Shown: positions 1 through 13,228, counted from the first letter of the stretch. The stretch is DNA of 64,000 bases from an uncultured Jatrophihabitans sp. (GCF_964244045.1 NZ_CAXTHK010000004.1:36731-100730), one strand, 5' to 3'. Made by a program: numbers and translations. Notes: generated by a model from the letters alone, not told the origin.

Positions 1-187
1 CCGCGATCGTGTTGTCGCGCGTCGAACCACCGGCTCCGTAGGTCACCGACACGAACGAGGGCCGCAGCGGCTCGAGCTCGCGGATCGTCTTCCAGATCCG
101 CCGCTCGTCCGCAGGCGTCTTGGGCGGCATGAACTCGAACGAGATCGTGGGGCCGGGCTCGGCCAGGCAGTCCCGAACGGTGCGCAT
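1..187 (-). CDS. metF: Methylenetetrahydrofolate reductase, N-terminal part (runs off window)
   Basis: Manual translation [58 protein letters not shown] contains the MetF motifs SFEFxPPK and [11 protein letters not shown]. Confidence 0.93.
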   Translation of the reverse strand, partial: MRTVRDCLAEPGPTISFEFMPPKTPADERRIWKTIRELEPLRPSFVSVTYGAGGSTRDNTIA

Positions 188-207
188 GGGATGAGGATAA
201 TGACAGG
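188..207. promoter_or_regulatory. Overlapping back-to-back -10 elements for divergent leaderless metF and crtB transcripts
   Basis: 20-bp spacer. GATAAT (196-201, +) lies 6 nt before the crtB GTG; TATCCT (199-194, -) lies 6 nt before the metF ATG. Confidence 0.6.
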
Positions 208-1185
208 GTGCGAATCACGGTGGCCGCCACGAGGGAACAGGACGCCGCCGGGATAGAGGGCGCGGCGCTGCGCAGCAGCTACACCCGCTGCCGGGCGCTG
301 GCCGCCGAGCACGGCAAGACGTTCCATCTGGCCACCCTTCTGCTGCCGGCGGCGAAGCGACCGTTCGTGCACGCCCTGTACGGCTTCGCCCGGCACGTCG
401 ATGACATCGTCGACGTCACGCCTCTGCTCACCGACGCCGAGCGGGCCGAGCGGCTGACGCGATGGAGCGAGGAATTCCTCCTCGACCTGGACTGGGGTGA
501 GACCTCCGATCCGATCAGCCGCGCGCTGCTCGACACCGTGGCGCGCTGGTCGATCCCGCACAGCTACTTCGCCGACTTCCTCGACTCGATGCGCATGGAC
601 CTCACCATCCGCAGCTACCCCACCTACGACGACCTGCGCACCTACATGTGGGGTTCAGCGGCGGTGATCGGGTTGCAGATGGTGCCGCTGCTCGGTCGGC
701 GCGACGAGGACGTGCGATGGGACGTCATCGAGGCGCATGCCATCGACCTCGGGCTCGCCTTCCAGATGACGAACTTCCTGCGCGACGTCGCCGAGGACCT
801 GCGCCGTGGCCGGATCTACCTGCCCCAGGAGACGCTCGACATGTTCGGCGTTGACGCCGACCGGCTGCGCCGCGGCGTGGTCGACGAGTCCATTCGCAAC
901 CTGCTGGCCTTCGAGATCGAGCGGACGCGGGGGCTGTACGCCGCGGCTGCGCCGGGTATCGAGCTGGTGCACCCGACCTCGCAGGACTGCCTGCGGGCCG
1001 CGTTGACGCTGTACTCCGAGATCCTGGCCGAGATCGAGCAGGCCGATTACGACGTCTTCTCGACCCGGCTTCGGGTCGGTCAACGGCGTCGCGCGACGGT
1101 CGGGCTCAACGCCCTGCGCGGCGCGGTGCGGGCTCGGCGCGGGACACAGACGAGCGTCCCGCCCTTACCCACAGCGTCAAGGTGA
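208..1185 (+). CDS. crtB: Phytoene synthase
   Basis: [48 protein letters not shown] motifs. Confidence 0.93.
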   Translation: MRITVAATREQDAAGIEGAALRSSYTRCRALAAEHGKTFHLATLLLPAAKRPFVHALYGFARHVDDIVDVTPLLTDAERAERLTRWSEEFLLDLDWGETSDPISRALLDTVARWSIPHSYFADFLDSMRMDLTIRSYPTYDDLRTYMWGSAAVIGLQMVPLLGRRDEDVRWDVIEAHAIDLGLAFQMTNFLRDVAEDLRRGRIYLPQETLDMFGVDADRLRRGVVDESIRNLLAFEIERTRGLYAAAAPGIELVHPTSQDCLRAALTLYSEILAEIEQADYDVFSTRLRVGQRRRATVGLNALRGAVRARRGTQTSVPPLPTASR

Positions 1186-1438
1186 GCAGGATCAGCGCGA
1201 AGCCGAAGAACAGATCCTCGATGGGAGCGTAAGCGATGTGCACGCCGATGATCTGGTTATGCCGGTAGCGCACGATCCCCAACCCGGTCAGCAGACCGTT
1301 CACCACAAGCTGGAAGAACACCATGATCGCGTACGCGGTCCAGAACGCCTTGCGCAACAGCAGTCGCGTGCGAACGACGACGAGGTCGAGCAGGGCCGCG
1401 ATGCCGACCCCGAGCAGCGCCGCGAGCGTGTACGTCAC
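1106..1438 (-). CDS. Lycopene cyclase domain protein (heterodimeric CrtYd-type subunit)
   Basis: Small hydrophobic protein with [15 protein letters not shown]; GTG at 1438 overlaps the stop of the upstream cyclase subunit (GTGA). Confidence 0.82.
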   Translation of the reverse strand: MTYTLAALLGVGIAALLDLVVVRTRLLLRKAFWTAYAIMVFFQLVVNGLLTGLGIVRYRHNQIIGVHIAYAPIEDLFFGFALILLTLTLWVRAGRSSVSRAEPAPRRAGR

Positions 1439-1764
1439 TGCTCGTCCCCGATGAGCCAGTGCGGTTTGCGGACCCGCACCGCCTCCAGCGTGAGCACGGC
1501 GCACACGGGAATGACGAGGAAGAACAAGAGTTCTTCGAGCGGCAGCGACCCCGGCAACGTGACGCCGACGAGGTAGGCGCTGTCGTAGTGCCATGCGCCG
1601 GCCCGGATCTCGAGCACATCCCATACGACGAAGACGGCGGCGACCGGCAGCACCGTCAGAGCCAGGCGCCGCCTTTGCCGGTAGACGCCGACGTGCAGCA
1701 CCACCTCGAGCGGGGCGGTGCCGAACAGGCAGGCGGCCAGGATGGCCAGATAGATGAGATGCAC
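1435..1764 (-). CDS. Lycopene cyclase domain protein (CrtYc-type subunit)
   Basis: VWDVLEIRAGAWHYD and LPLEELLFFLVIP motifs; paired with the second subunit next to crtB. Confidence 0.82.
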   Translation of the reverse strand: MHLIYLAILAACLFGTAPLEVVLHVGVYRQRRRLALTVLPVAAVFVVWDVLEIRAGAWHYDSAYLVGVTLPGSLPLEELLFFLVIPVCAVLTLEAVRVRKPHWLIGDEQ

Positions 1765-1770
1765 GGCTGG

Positions 1771-2100
1771 TCAGAAGCCGGCGACCTGGGCACGTCGCTT
1801 GACCTCGGTGCCGCGGTTCTCACGCAGGGCCTGGATCGGCGTGCCGGGCAACGAGTCGTCCTCGCGCGCCAGCCAGTCGAGGATCTCCTCGTCGGCGTAG
1901 CGGGCGTCGCGCAGCAGCGTGATCACCGCGGGCAGGGACTTCACCACCCCACCGTCGATGATCATGTCGGCCGGCACCCCGCGTCGGCCGGTCTCAGGAT
2001 CGCGGCCGGCGACGAGGTCCCCGTCGCGGATCAGTTGGGTGACCCTGGTGACCCGGCAGCCGAGCGCAAGGGCTGCCTCGTCGAATGTCAGCAGGTCCAT
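1771..2100 (-). CDS. Rv2175c-family DNA-binding protein
   Basis: N-terminal HTH (LTFDEAALALG..VTQLIRDG), C-terminal LPGTPIQALRENRGTEVKRRAQVAGF; synteny with the PASTA kinase. Confidence 0.88.
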   Translation of the reverse strand: MDLLTFDEAALALGCRVTRVTQLIRDGDLVAGRDPETGRRGVPADMIIDGGVVKSLPAVITLLRDARYADEEILDWLAREDDSLPGTPIQALRENRGTEVKRRAQVAGF

Positions 2101-2171
2101 GCCCCCAGCCTGCCAGAGCGCTTCGAGGGAATCCGGTGGCGGGCTGCCCTGGCCCCCGCCCGGCGATCGGG

Positions 2172-2951
2172 TCAGCGGCGGGCGAGCAGCACCAAGGTCG
2201 AGTACTCGACGGTTAACGTCCCGCCCAGCTCGTCGACGGCGTCGCCGAGCGCCGACAGCAGCTCGGTCCTGGCCGGTTCGGCCAGCAGCTGGTGATCGCT
2301 GAACGTGACCAGCAGGTCGAGCCACTCTGCGCGGGTGTAGGTCTGCAGCCAGTCGTAGCGCCGTTCGCAGCTGTCGGTGAAGCCGGCGGCCTCCAGGCCC
2401 GGCCGGGCGTGCTCGGCTGACCTCGACCCGCGACTGGCGAGACCGTTCATGCGCCCGAGCAGGATCGGCGCGTGCCACTCGTAGACGGCGTCGAAGCGCT
2501 CCCGCAGCTCCGGCGCGATCGCATGGACATTCCAGAACAGCGCGACGGTGCCATCCGGGCGGAGCACCCGGAACGCCTTGTGGGCACCGGCGTAGGGATC
2601 GACCCAGTGCCACGCCTGCGCGCTCGTCACCAGGTCGAACGTGCGCCCGCGGTCGTCCCACTCCTCGAATGGACAGACCTCGACCTCGACGCCGTGCGTG
2701 CGCGCGACCGCCGCCATGCCCGGGTCGACCTCGACACCCAGTACCCGCATGCCCCGCGCGGCCAGTTGCACCGCCGCCTTGCCCGTCCCGCAACCGACAT
2801 CGAGGACCTCGGTACCCCCGAGGGTGGCCAGCTCGTCGAACAACGCGGCGGGATATGCCGGCCGGGCCCGGTCGTACTGCTCGGCGATCGCGCCGAAGGA
2901 CTCGGCGCGCCGCCGATCGCGAAAGGCCCCGTCGCCTACTGGACTCGCCAC
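2172..2951 (-). CDS. Class I SAM-dependent methyltransferase
   Basis: YDRARPAYP, VLDVGCGTGK, FDLVTSAQAWHW. Confidence 0.88.
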   Translation of the reverse strand: MASPVGDGAFRDRRRAESFGAIAEQYDRARPAYPAALFDELATLGGTEVLDVGCGTGKAAVQLAARGMRVLGVEVDPGMAAVARTHGVEVEVCPFEEWDDRGRTFDLVTSAQAWHWVDPYAGAHKAFRVLRPDGTVALFWNVHAIAPELRERFDAVYEWHAPILLGRMNGLASRGSRSAEHARPGLEAAGFTDSCERRYDWLQTYTRAEWLDLLVTFSDHQLLAEPARTELLSALGDAVDELGGTLTVEYSTLVLLARR

Positions 2952-3787
2952 GTGTCCTCCGGCGGTTCGGGTGAGCGCATCCGGTCGTCGTCGGTGAGGA
3001 TCTTGCCGCCGCCGAGCGAGGTCACCACTCCGCGCGGGAACGCCGCCCGCGCCCCGGCGCGACGGATGTCGTCCGCGGGCAGGGGCGTCGCCGACGCCAC
3101 CAGCACGATGTTGCCGAAGCGACGCCGTTTTACGACCGACGGGTCGGCAACGACAAGGAGTTCCGGGAGCACCTGGCGAGCGGTCTCGACGACCCGCGCC
3201 GCGTAGCGCAGCGGCGGCCCGTCGGCGAGGTTGGCGAGCAGCACGCCGGTCGGCTTCAAAACCCGCGCCACGTCCGTCAGGAACTCCAGCGTCGTCAACT
3301 CGGGCGGCACGCGGCCGCCGTGGAACGCATCCAACACTATGACGTCAGCGCTCCCGTCCTTGAGCGTTTCAACGCCGGCGCGACCGTCGGCCGCCCGCAC
3401 CCGGATTCGCGCGCCGCGCGGGAACGGCAGCCGGGCGCGGACGAGCTCGGTGACCGTGGTGTCGGGTTCCAGGACGATCTGCGGCGACCCGGGCCTGGTG
3501 ACCGCCACCCACCGGGCCAAGGTGCAGGCACCACCGCCGATGTGGGTGACGGCAAGTGGCCCGTCGGGCAGCGCGGCGAGCACGTCCGCGAAACTCTCGA
3601 CGTAGTCGAAGTCCAGGAAAGTGGGGTCCTCGAGGTCGACGTACGACTGCCGCACGCGGTCGATGAGCAGCAGGTAACCGCCAGGTCGGTTGAGGTCCTC
3701 GAGCAGTTCGACGCGGCTCGACTGTCCGTCTGGTTCGTCCACCGCCGGCTCCACGTCGGCCAGGGTACGGCCGGGTCTTCTTACCAA
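2936..3787 (-). CDS. Spermidine synthase-like SAM-binding protein (start approximate)
   Basis: C-terminal part of ORF 2936..5647: QSYVDLEDPTFLDFDYV, HIGGGACTLARW, DVIVLDAF; the rest of that ORF is antisense to the kinase. Confidence 0.8.
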   Translation of the reverse strand: MVRRPGRTLADVEPAVDEPDGQSSRVELLEDLNRPGGYLLLIDRVRQSYVDLEDPTFLDFDYVESFADVLAALPDGPLAVTHIGGGACTLARWVAVTRPGSPQIVLEPDTTVTELVRARLPFPRGARIRVRAADGRAGVETLKDGSADVIVLDAFHGGRVPPELTTLEFLTDVARVLKPTGVLLANLADGPPLRYAARVVETARQVLPELLVVADPSVVKRRRFGNIVLVASATPLPADDIRRAGARAAFPRGVVTSLGGGKILTDDDRMRSPEPPEDTWRVQ

Positions 3788-3835
3788 ACGGTGAGCACAC
3801 GCGGAGCGTCCTACGAACATTAGCCGCGACGCCAG

Positions 3836-3841
3836 TAGAAT
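3836..3841 (+). promoter_or_regulatory. -10 element of leaderless kinase mRNA
   Basis: TAGAAT followed by 6 nt and then the GTG start at 3848. Confidence 0.65.
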
Positions 3842-3847
3842 CGCCGC

Positions 3848-5860
3848 GTGCAGACGGCGACCGCAGATCCTCTGGTCGGCCGCAAGCTCGAAGGTCGCTA
3901 CCGCATCCTCGACCGCGTCGCGCGCGGCGGGATGTCCACGGTTTATGCGGCCGTCGACGAGCGGCTCGACCGCCTCGTCGCGGTCAAGGTCATGAACGCC
4001 GCGCTGTCCGCTGATCCCGCCTTCAGCGACCGCTTCGCCCGCGAGGCCCGCGCCGCCGCGCGACTCACCCACCTCAATGCCGTCTCGGTCTACGACCAGG
4101 GTCACGAGATCGCCGCCGACGGTCATCACGTGTTCCTCGTGATGGAGCTCATCGAGGGTCGCACCCTGCGCGAGCTGATCCATGAGCGCGGCAAGCTGGC
4201 GCCGGCCGAGGCCGTGTCGGTCATGGAACCGGTGCTCAGCGCGCTGGCCGCCGCACACCGCGCCGGCCTCGTCCACCGCGACGTCAAGCCCGAGAACATC
4301 CTGCTGTCCGACGAGAGCGTCGTGAAGGTGGCCGACTTCGGGCTGGCCCGCGCCGTCGAGACCGACCCGTCGTCCACCCGGACCGGGCTGATGATGGGCA
4401 CCGTCGCCTACTGCCCGCCGGAGCAGCTGAGCAAAGGCAATGCCGACCCGCGCTCGGACGTCTACTCCGCAGGCATCGTGCTGTTCGAGCTTCTGACGGG
4501 GCACCCGCCGTACCGCGGCGACTCGGCGATGAATATCGCCTACCAGCACGTGCACAGCCGGGTGCCCGCACCGTCGTCGCGGGCGCGCGGCATCCCGGAG
4601 GAGATCGACGAGCTGGTAGTGGCCGCCACCGACAGCGACCCGTCCGGCCGCCCGTCCGATGCCGCCGCGTTCCTGGCCGAGCTCGCTGACGTGCGCACGC
4701 AACTGCGCCTTCCGGTCACTCCCATTCCCGCCCGCCAACGCCGCACCCCGCGCGTCGAGTACCGCGAGCCACGCCATCGCACCCCCACCGGACCGGCCGA
4801 GGCCACCACCGCCGCGCTGCGCGCCAACCCCGGACGGCACGACACCAGCGTCGTCCCCGACCGGCGCCCCGACGGGGACCCCGCACGCCGGCGGGGTCCT
4901 CGTGAGGAGAGCTCCCCGCCGCCGCCAGTCGTCATCCCGCCGCCCCGGCAGCGCACCCGCAAGCGTGGCCGGCGCCGGGGTCTGCTCGTCGTCCTGCTGA
5001 TCATCGCGCTGGGCGCCGGCGCCTTCTTCGGCGCGAAAGCGTTCATCACCTGGCGCTTCGCGCACGTTCCCTCTGTCGCAACTCTGTCCCCGGACGCGGC
5101 CATCGCCAAGTTGAAGCACGCGGGTTACAAAGCCCGCATGCAACCCGGGCCGGTGTACAGCGAGACCATTTCCGCCGGACTGGTGATCAGCACCGATCCC
5201 CCGAGCGGCACGCGGCTGACCACCGGGCACACGGTGGTCATCACGCTGTCCGCGGGCGCGCACTACTACGCGGTGCCCAACGTCATGAACAAGACCCCGG
5301 ACCAGGCCAAGGCGGCACTGCTCACGGCCGGCCGGCTGACCATCGCCCCGCAACCGAAGTTCAGCTACAGCGACACGGTGCCGGCCAACCTGGTCATCGG
5401 CACCACGCCCGCTGCCGGTACGAAGGTGCGCAGTGGGGTGATCGTCACCATCGTGGTGTCGCGAGGGCGGCCGACCGTCACGATCCCGAACATCGCCCCG
5501 AACACCCCGTTCGACGAGGCCAGGGCGGCGCTGCGCAAGGCCAACTTCAAGGTCGATCGCAGCGACGATTACAACGACACCGTGCCCGTCGGCGCGGTCG
5601 TCTCGATCAGCCCCACCGGCAGCGCGCTGAAGTTCAGCGTGGTCCACGTCGTGGTGTCCAAGGGCCCGCAGAACGTCAAGTTGCCCGCCATTGCCGTTGG
5701 CACGCCGTACTCAGTGGCCAAGGCGACGCTCGAGGGTCTGGGCCTCACGGTCGAGAACCGGCAGATCGGCGTCCGCCCGGATCCGGTGGTCTACTCCATG
5801 AACCCTGGAGCCGGCACGTTGGTGCTGGTGGGCTCACCCGTCGAACTCACCACGCTGTAG
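3848..5860 (+). CDS. pknL: Stk1/PknL-like Ser/Thr kinase with TM segment and PASTA repeats
   Basis: VAVK, HRDVKPEN, DFG, GTVAY motifs; TM helix; about 4 PASTA repeats; position next to the Rv2175c homolog. Confidence 0.88.
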   Translation: MQTATADPLVGRKLEGRYRILDRVARGGMSTVYAAVDERLDRLVAVKVMNAALSADPAFSDRFAREARAAARLTHLNAVSVYDQGHEIAADGHHVFLVMELIEGRTLRELIHERGKLAPAEAVSVMEPVLSALAAAHRAGLVHRDVKPENILLSDESVVKVADFGLARAVETDPSSTRTGLMMGTVAYCPPEQLSKGNADPRSDVYSAGIVLFELLTGHPPYRGDSAMNIAYQHVHSRVPAPSSRARGIPEEIDELVVAATDSDPSGRPSDAAAFLAELADVRTQLRLPVTPIPARQRRTPRVEYREPRHRTPTGPAEATTAALRANPGRHDTSVVPDRRPDGDPARRRGPREESSPPPPVVIPPPRQRTRKRGRRRGLLVVLLIIALGAGAFFGAKAFITWRFAHVPSVATLSPDAAIAKLKHAGYKARMQPGPVYSETISAGLVISTDPPSGTRLTTGHTVVITLSAGAHYYAVPNVMNKTPDQAKAALLTAGRLTIAPQPKFSYSDTVPANLVIGTTPAAGTKVRSGVIVTIVVSRGRPTVTIPNIAPNTPFDEARAALRKANFKVDRSDDYNDTVPVGAVVSISPTGSALKFSVVHVVVSKGPQNVKLPAIAVGTPYSVAKATLEGLGLTVENRQIGVRPDPVVYSMNPGAGTLVLVGSPVELTTL

Positions 5861-5876
5861 GCCGCAGCGGCCCCGT

Positions 5877-6803
5877 TCAGGGTTGCCAGTTGAAGTCGGT
5901 GCAGACGTAGCGGTTGTCCGCGGTCCGGACGAACGTGATGGTCAGGACGCCGCCGGACTTCTTGGCAACCATGCGGTACCGGGCGACTGCACCGGCGCCG
6001 TCGCCGCCGGTCAGGTCGGTGCCGGGAATGCCGAAGGACTCGCCGTACAGGACGGTCAGCCGGGGCCGGACCGTCTCTGTGGCGCACGCAGCGAAGATGT
6101 CCTTGTTGAAGTCCGAGGGCTCCTCGCCGGGCTGGACGAACTCGACCGCCGTGGTCAGGTGGATGACCGCACTCGAGGCCTTCTCGCCGACCGGGCAGTT
6201 CAGGTCCTTGTAACCGGTTGACGGTGTCGCGGACGTCCCGGACGTCGGCAACGCGGTTCCCGAACCGCCGGTGTCGCTCGTGGCGCCCGTCGCAGTGCTG
6301 GCCGTCGACTCGCCCGAGAAATCGCCGCTCGCCGAACCGTTGCTGCTCGGGAACCCGGTGACATTCGTTGCGCTGCCGCCACCTGGCGAAGGTGAACCCG
6401 AACCGCCGGCCTGCTTCTTGTCGTCGCCGCCGGAGGTCAGGACGACGATCAGCGTGACGACCAGAGCCACGACGATCACTGCGCTGGCAATGATCCAGAC
6501 GAGCTTGTTGTTGTCGCCACCGGACTTCGGCGGTCCGCCGTACCCACCACCGCCATAGGGCGGCTGCTGGCTGTAACCCTGCTGGCCGTAGGGCTGTTGT
6601 CCGTAGGGCTGTTGTCCGTAGGGCTGCTGGCCGTAGGGCTGTTGTCCGTAGGGCTGCTGTCCGTACGGCTGCTGGCCGTAGGGCTGCTGTCCGTACGGCT
6701 GCTGTCCGTACGGCTGCTGGCCGTAGTCGCCGGGCTGCTCGGGCTGGCCCTGATTCGGATCGGGCTGCGGGTTCCAGCCGGGCTGCTCGGGCGGCTGAGA
6801 CAT
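5877..6803 (-). CDS. Single-pass membrane protein with N-terminal GQQPY repeats and Ser/Gly-rich linker
   Basis: ATG at 6803 (MSQPPEQ), 9x GQQPY, hydrophobic [23 protein letters not shown]-terminal domain with 3 Cys. Confidence 0.8.
   Translation of the reverse strand: MSQPPEQPGWNPQPDPNQGQPEQPGDYGQQPYGQQPYGQQPYGQQPYGQQPYGQQPYGQQPYGQQPYGQQPYGQQGYSQQPPYGGGGYGGPPKSGGDNNKLVWIIASAVIVVALVVTLIVVLTSGGDDKKQAGGSGSPSPGGGSATNVTGFPSSNGSASGDFSGESTASTATGATSDTGGSGTALPTSGTSATPSTGYKDLNCPVGEKASSAVIHLTTAVEFVQPGEEPSDFNKDIFAACATETVRPRLTVLYGESFGIPGTDLTGGDGAGAVARYRMVAKKSGGVLTITFVRTADNRYVCTDFNWQP
6588..6722 (-). repeat. 15-bp coding tandem repeat x9 (GQQPY)
   Basis: Nine consecutive gta(g/c)ggctg(c/t)tg(g/t)cc units on the + strand. 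Confidence 0.95.
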
Positions 6804-6937
6804 CGGCTGGACTCCTGGAATCACATGTGGCTGGTGTGAATGCGGACGCTACCCCGAAGGTCGTTGCGCCACACCACAATGAGCTGGTCGCGCGGGCGGC
6901 CGCGGTCGGCGAGGCAGACCTCGATACCCTGCGGCCC

Positions 6938-7969
6938 ATGGTGATCGTGATGGCTCCCGGCGCGACCGACAATGACATCGACACGGTGGTCGCCCACATC
7001 GAGGCCCATGACGGACAGGCGTTCGTCAGCCGCGGAGTGATGCGCACGATCATCGGCGTTGTCGGCACCGAGGCCGTGCTCGAGACACTCGGCGCCGAGG
7101 GGTTGCCCGGCGTCGCCGAGACGATGCGCATCACCGCGCCGTACAAGCTGGTCTCGGCGCAGAATCACGCGAAGCGCACCACGATCCGCGTCGGCGGGGT
7201 GCCCATCGGTCCTGACACGTTCACCCTCATCGCCGGCCCGTGCGCCGTCGAGACACCCGAGCAGACGCTCGAGTCGGCGCGGATGGCCAAGCGTGCCGGC
7301 GCGACCCTGCTGCGCGGCGGCGCCTACAAGCCGCGCACCTCGCCCTACGCGTTCCAGGGTCTCGGCGTCGACGGCCTGCGCATCCTGGCCGAGGTCCGCG
7401 ACGAGGTCGGATTGCCGATCGTCACAGAGGTGGTCGATGCGACGAGTGTCGACGTCGTCTGCCAGTACGCCGACATGCTGCAGATCGGCACCCGCAACAT
7501 GCAGAACTTCGGGCTGCTGCAGGCCGTCGGCTCGTCCGGCAAGCCCGTCATGCTCAAACGCGGACTGACCGCCACCTACGAGGAATGGCTGATGGCCGCC
7601 GAGTACATCGCCCAACGCGGCAATCTCGACATCGTGCTGTGCGAGCGAGGCGTTCGCTCCTTCGAGCCGGCCATCCGCAACATGCTCGACGTCTCCGCGG
7701 TGCCGATGATGCAGCGGCTCTCGCACCTGCCCGTCATCGTCGACCCGTCACACGCGGCCGGTCGCCGCGACCTCGTCGTCCCGCTGGCCCGCGCCGGCAT
7801 GGCCGCCGGCGCTGACGGCGTCATGGTCGACGTCCACCCCACCCCCGAGACCGCGCTGTGCGACGGCGCCCAGGCACTGTTCGGCGACGTCCTCGACGAG
7901 CTGGCCAAGGCCGTCGTCACGATCCCGCCGGCCCTGGGCCGAACCTCGGCCGCCAATCTGGCCAGCTGA
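6938..7969 (+). CDS. aroF: DAHP synthase class I-beta with N-terminal regulatory domain
   Basis: IAGPCAVE, LRGGAYKPRTSPYAFQGLG, QIGTRNMQNF, LCERG, DPSH motifs; ATG at 6938 (MVIVM) is the likely start. Confidence 0.92.
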   Translation: MVIVMAPGATDNDIDTVVAHIEAHDGQAFVSRGVMRTIIGVVGTEAVLETLGAEGLPGVAETMRITAPYKLVSAQNHAKRTTIRVGGVPIGPDTFTLIAGPCAVETPEQTLESARMAKRAGATLLRGGAYKPRTSPYAFQGLGVDGLRILAEVRDEVGLPIVTEVVDATSVDVVCQYADMLQIGTRNMQNFGLLQAVGSSGKPVMLKRGLTATYEEWLMAAEYIAQRGNLDIVLCERGVRSFEPAIRNMLDVSAVPMMQRLSHLPVIVDPSHAAGRRDLVVPLARAGMAAGADGVMVDVHPTPETALCDGAQALFGDVLDELAKAVVTIPPALGRTSAANLAS

Positions 7970-7981
7970 CCTCGCCCTCGC

Positions 7982-8032
7982 TGATCAACAGCGCCGAAAC
8001 GTCGTCGGACGACGTTTCGGCGCTGTTGATCA
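7982..8032. repeat. 51-bp perfect palindrome, REP-like (copy 1)
   Basis: TGATCAACAGCGCCGAAACGTCGTC-G-GACGACGTTTCGGCGCTGTTGATCA between convergent genes; second copy at 58826-58876. Confidence 0.93.
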
Positions 8033-8884
8033 CTGCTGTGGCGGTCCCCAGCCCTGTTGCGGACCGGCCTGCGGAGGACCGCCCGGCTGTGGACCACTCT
8101 GGCCGTACCCGCCGGGCTGTGGACCAGGCTGGCCGTAACCGCCCGGCTGCGGGCCACCCGGCGGGGGGCCGTAACCCGGGGGCGGGTAGTTGGCCGGCGG
8201 GCCGCCGTAACCACCACCGCCGTAGGGGTTGGCCAGCTCCTTCTTGTGCCGGCTGCGCTTGATCAGTCCGACGATGAGCAAGACGATCGCGGCGATCAGC
8301 AGCAGGACGCCACCGACGATCAGCAAGCCGCCCGCCGCGGTGCCTTTCGCGATGTCGCGGCCGAAGGCGAGCTGCGCCCCGGAGGGCAAGGTCTCCTCGG
8401 GCTGCACCAGGATCCGGTAGGTGCCCTCGGTCTTGGCGGTGAACTGCAGGGCGGCCGCTCCCTTGTGCCCACCGGTGTTGTAGGTCAACTTGTCGACCTT
8501 GTCGTCGCTGCGATTGCCGTAGGACTTGAAGGTGACTGCTTTGCCGCTCGGATCAGAGATCGCGACTCGGATGTTCGGGATCCGGTCGATGTCGCTGCTG
8601 ACGTCGCTGGCTTCGTAGTAGCCGACCCACTTACCGGTGCCGTCGATCTTGATCATGCCCGTACCGCTGGAGATGGACACGCGCTGGAAGTCCTCGACCT
8701 TGCCGAGTGACTTCTTGGCCAGCACGACACCGCCGATGACGAACAGAATCACGGCGAGGACGAAGAAGATGATCGCCAGCCGCAGCGGGGTGCGACCGCG
8801 CAGTTTCGGCTTGCCGGAGCCCTGGTCGCCGGGGTTGCCCGGGCCCGGGTAGGCGGGCTGGTTGGGGTATGCCGAGTAGGTCAT
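8030..8884 (-). CDS. Membrane protein, two TM segments, Gly/Pro/Gln/Tyr-rich C-terminus
   Basis: 284-aa ORF with typical codon use; GQPGPQPGGY repeats. Confidence 0.75.
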   Translation of the reverse strand: MTYSAYPNQPAYPGPGNPGDQGSGKPKLRGRTPLRLAIIFFVLAVILFVIGGVVLAKKSLGKVEDFQRVSISSGTGMIKIDGTGKWVGYYEASDVSSDIDRIPNIRVAISDPSGKAVTFKSYGNRSDDKVDKLTYNTGGHKGAAALQFTAKTEGTYRILVQPEETLPSGAQLAFGRDIAKGTAAGGLLIVGGVLLLIAAIVLLIVGLIKRSRHKKELANPYGGGGYGGPPANYPPPGYGPPPGGPQPGGYGQPGPQPGGYGQSGPQPGGPPQAGPQQGWGPPQQ

Positions 8885-8947
8885 GCGCCAGAGTGTGCCC
8901 TGTCACCGGCCCGGCGCGAAGCAGGAGAGCGGAGCGTCGGTGTTTGT

Positions 8948-12374
<3,427 letters not shown>

Positions 12375-12381
12375 GCGACGC

Positions 12382-13218
12382 TTACCGGAGCCCATCGAAC
12401 AGGTCGTGCTCGGGCAGCGGCGCACTGGTCGTGTCGCGGACTCTGACGAACGTCTCGATGCCCATCAGCTCGGCCAGCCGCTCGACGCCCAGCTTGAGGA
12501 AGATGATGTTCTCGGTCTGGCTGGCGTGCTCGGCGAGCGAGTCGTACTTCTGCTTGGCGAAGCCCTTGGTGTCGACCCAGGTCGTGACCTCGTCGTCGGG
12601 CAGGCCCATCTCGAATACAGGCGGCTCGTCGCTGGGTTCTTCGTCCCAGTCGACGCCGAGCTCGCGCATGACCCGGCCGAACTCCTCGAACTGCGTGCGG
12701 GGCACCGTCGTCCAATAGACCTTCGCCGGCGACTCGGCAGTGTCGAGCAGGTCGAGCGCGGCGACCGTGATGCGGTGCGCCTGGATGTGGTCCGGATGGC
12801 CGTAGAAGCCGTTCTCGTCGTAGGTGACGACGACGTCCGGGCGGTAGCGGCGCATCAGATCGGCGAGCCGGGCCGCCGCCTCGTCGACCGGGATGCCCCA
12901 GAACGCCCCCGGCGCGGTGTTGGCGTCCCAGCCCATCATCCCGGAGTCGCCGTAGCCCAGCAGTTCGAGGTGGCTGACACCCAGGATCGCCGCGCTGCGT
13001 TCGAGCTCGTCGGCACGCGTCGCCACCACGGCCTGGGGATCGTGACCGTCCTCGCCGGGCTTGACGCCGCCGGGCCCGTCGCCGCACCGGCCGTCGGTGC
13101 AGGTGACGAGCACGGTACGGATGCCTTCCGCCGCGGCTTTCGCGAACACCCCTCCGGTGCCGGTGGCCTCGTCGTCGGGATGCGCGTGCACGGCCATGAG
13201 TGTGAGTTGGCGGGTCAT
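12382..13218 (-). CDS. PIG-L family deacetylase/amidase (MshB/Mca-like)
   Basis: HAHPDDE and YGHPDH metal motifs, DSGM. Confidence 0.88.
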   Translation of the reverse strand: MTRQLTLMAVHAHPDDEATGTGGVFAKAAAEGIRTVLVTCTDGRCGDGPGGVKPGEDGHDPQAVVATRADELERSAAILGVSHLELLGYGDSGMMGWDANTAPGAFWGIPVDEAAARLADLMRRYRPDVVVTYDENGFYGHPDHIQAHRITVAALDLLDTAESPAKVYWTTVPRTQFEEFGRVMRELGVDWDEEPSDEPPVFEMGLPDDEVTTWVDTKGFAKQKYDSLAEHASQTENIIFLKLGVERLAELMGIETFVRVRDTTSAPLPEHDLFDGLR

Positions 13219-13228
13219 GGGGCCAACC

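Noticed and set aside
3788-5647. 903-aa ORF 2936..5647 as one protein
   Set aside because: Only the last about 280 aa are protein-like; the rest is the antisense shadow of the kinase in high-GC DNA
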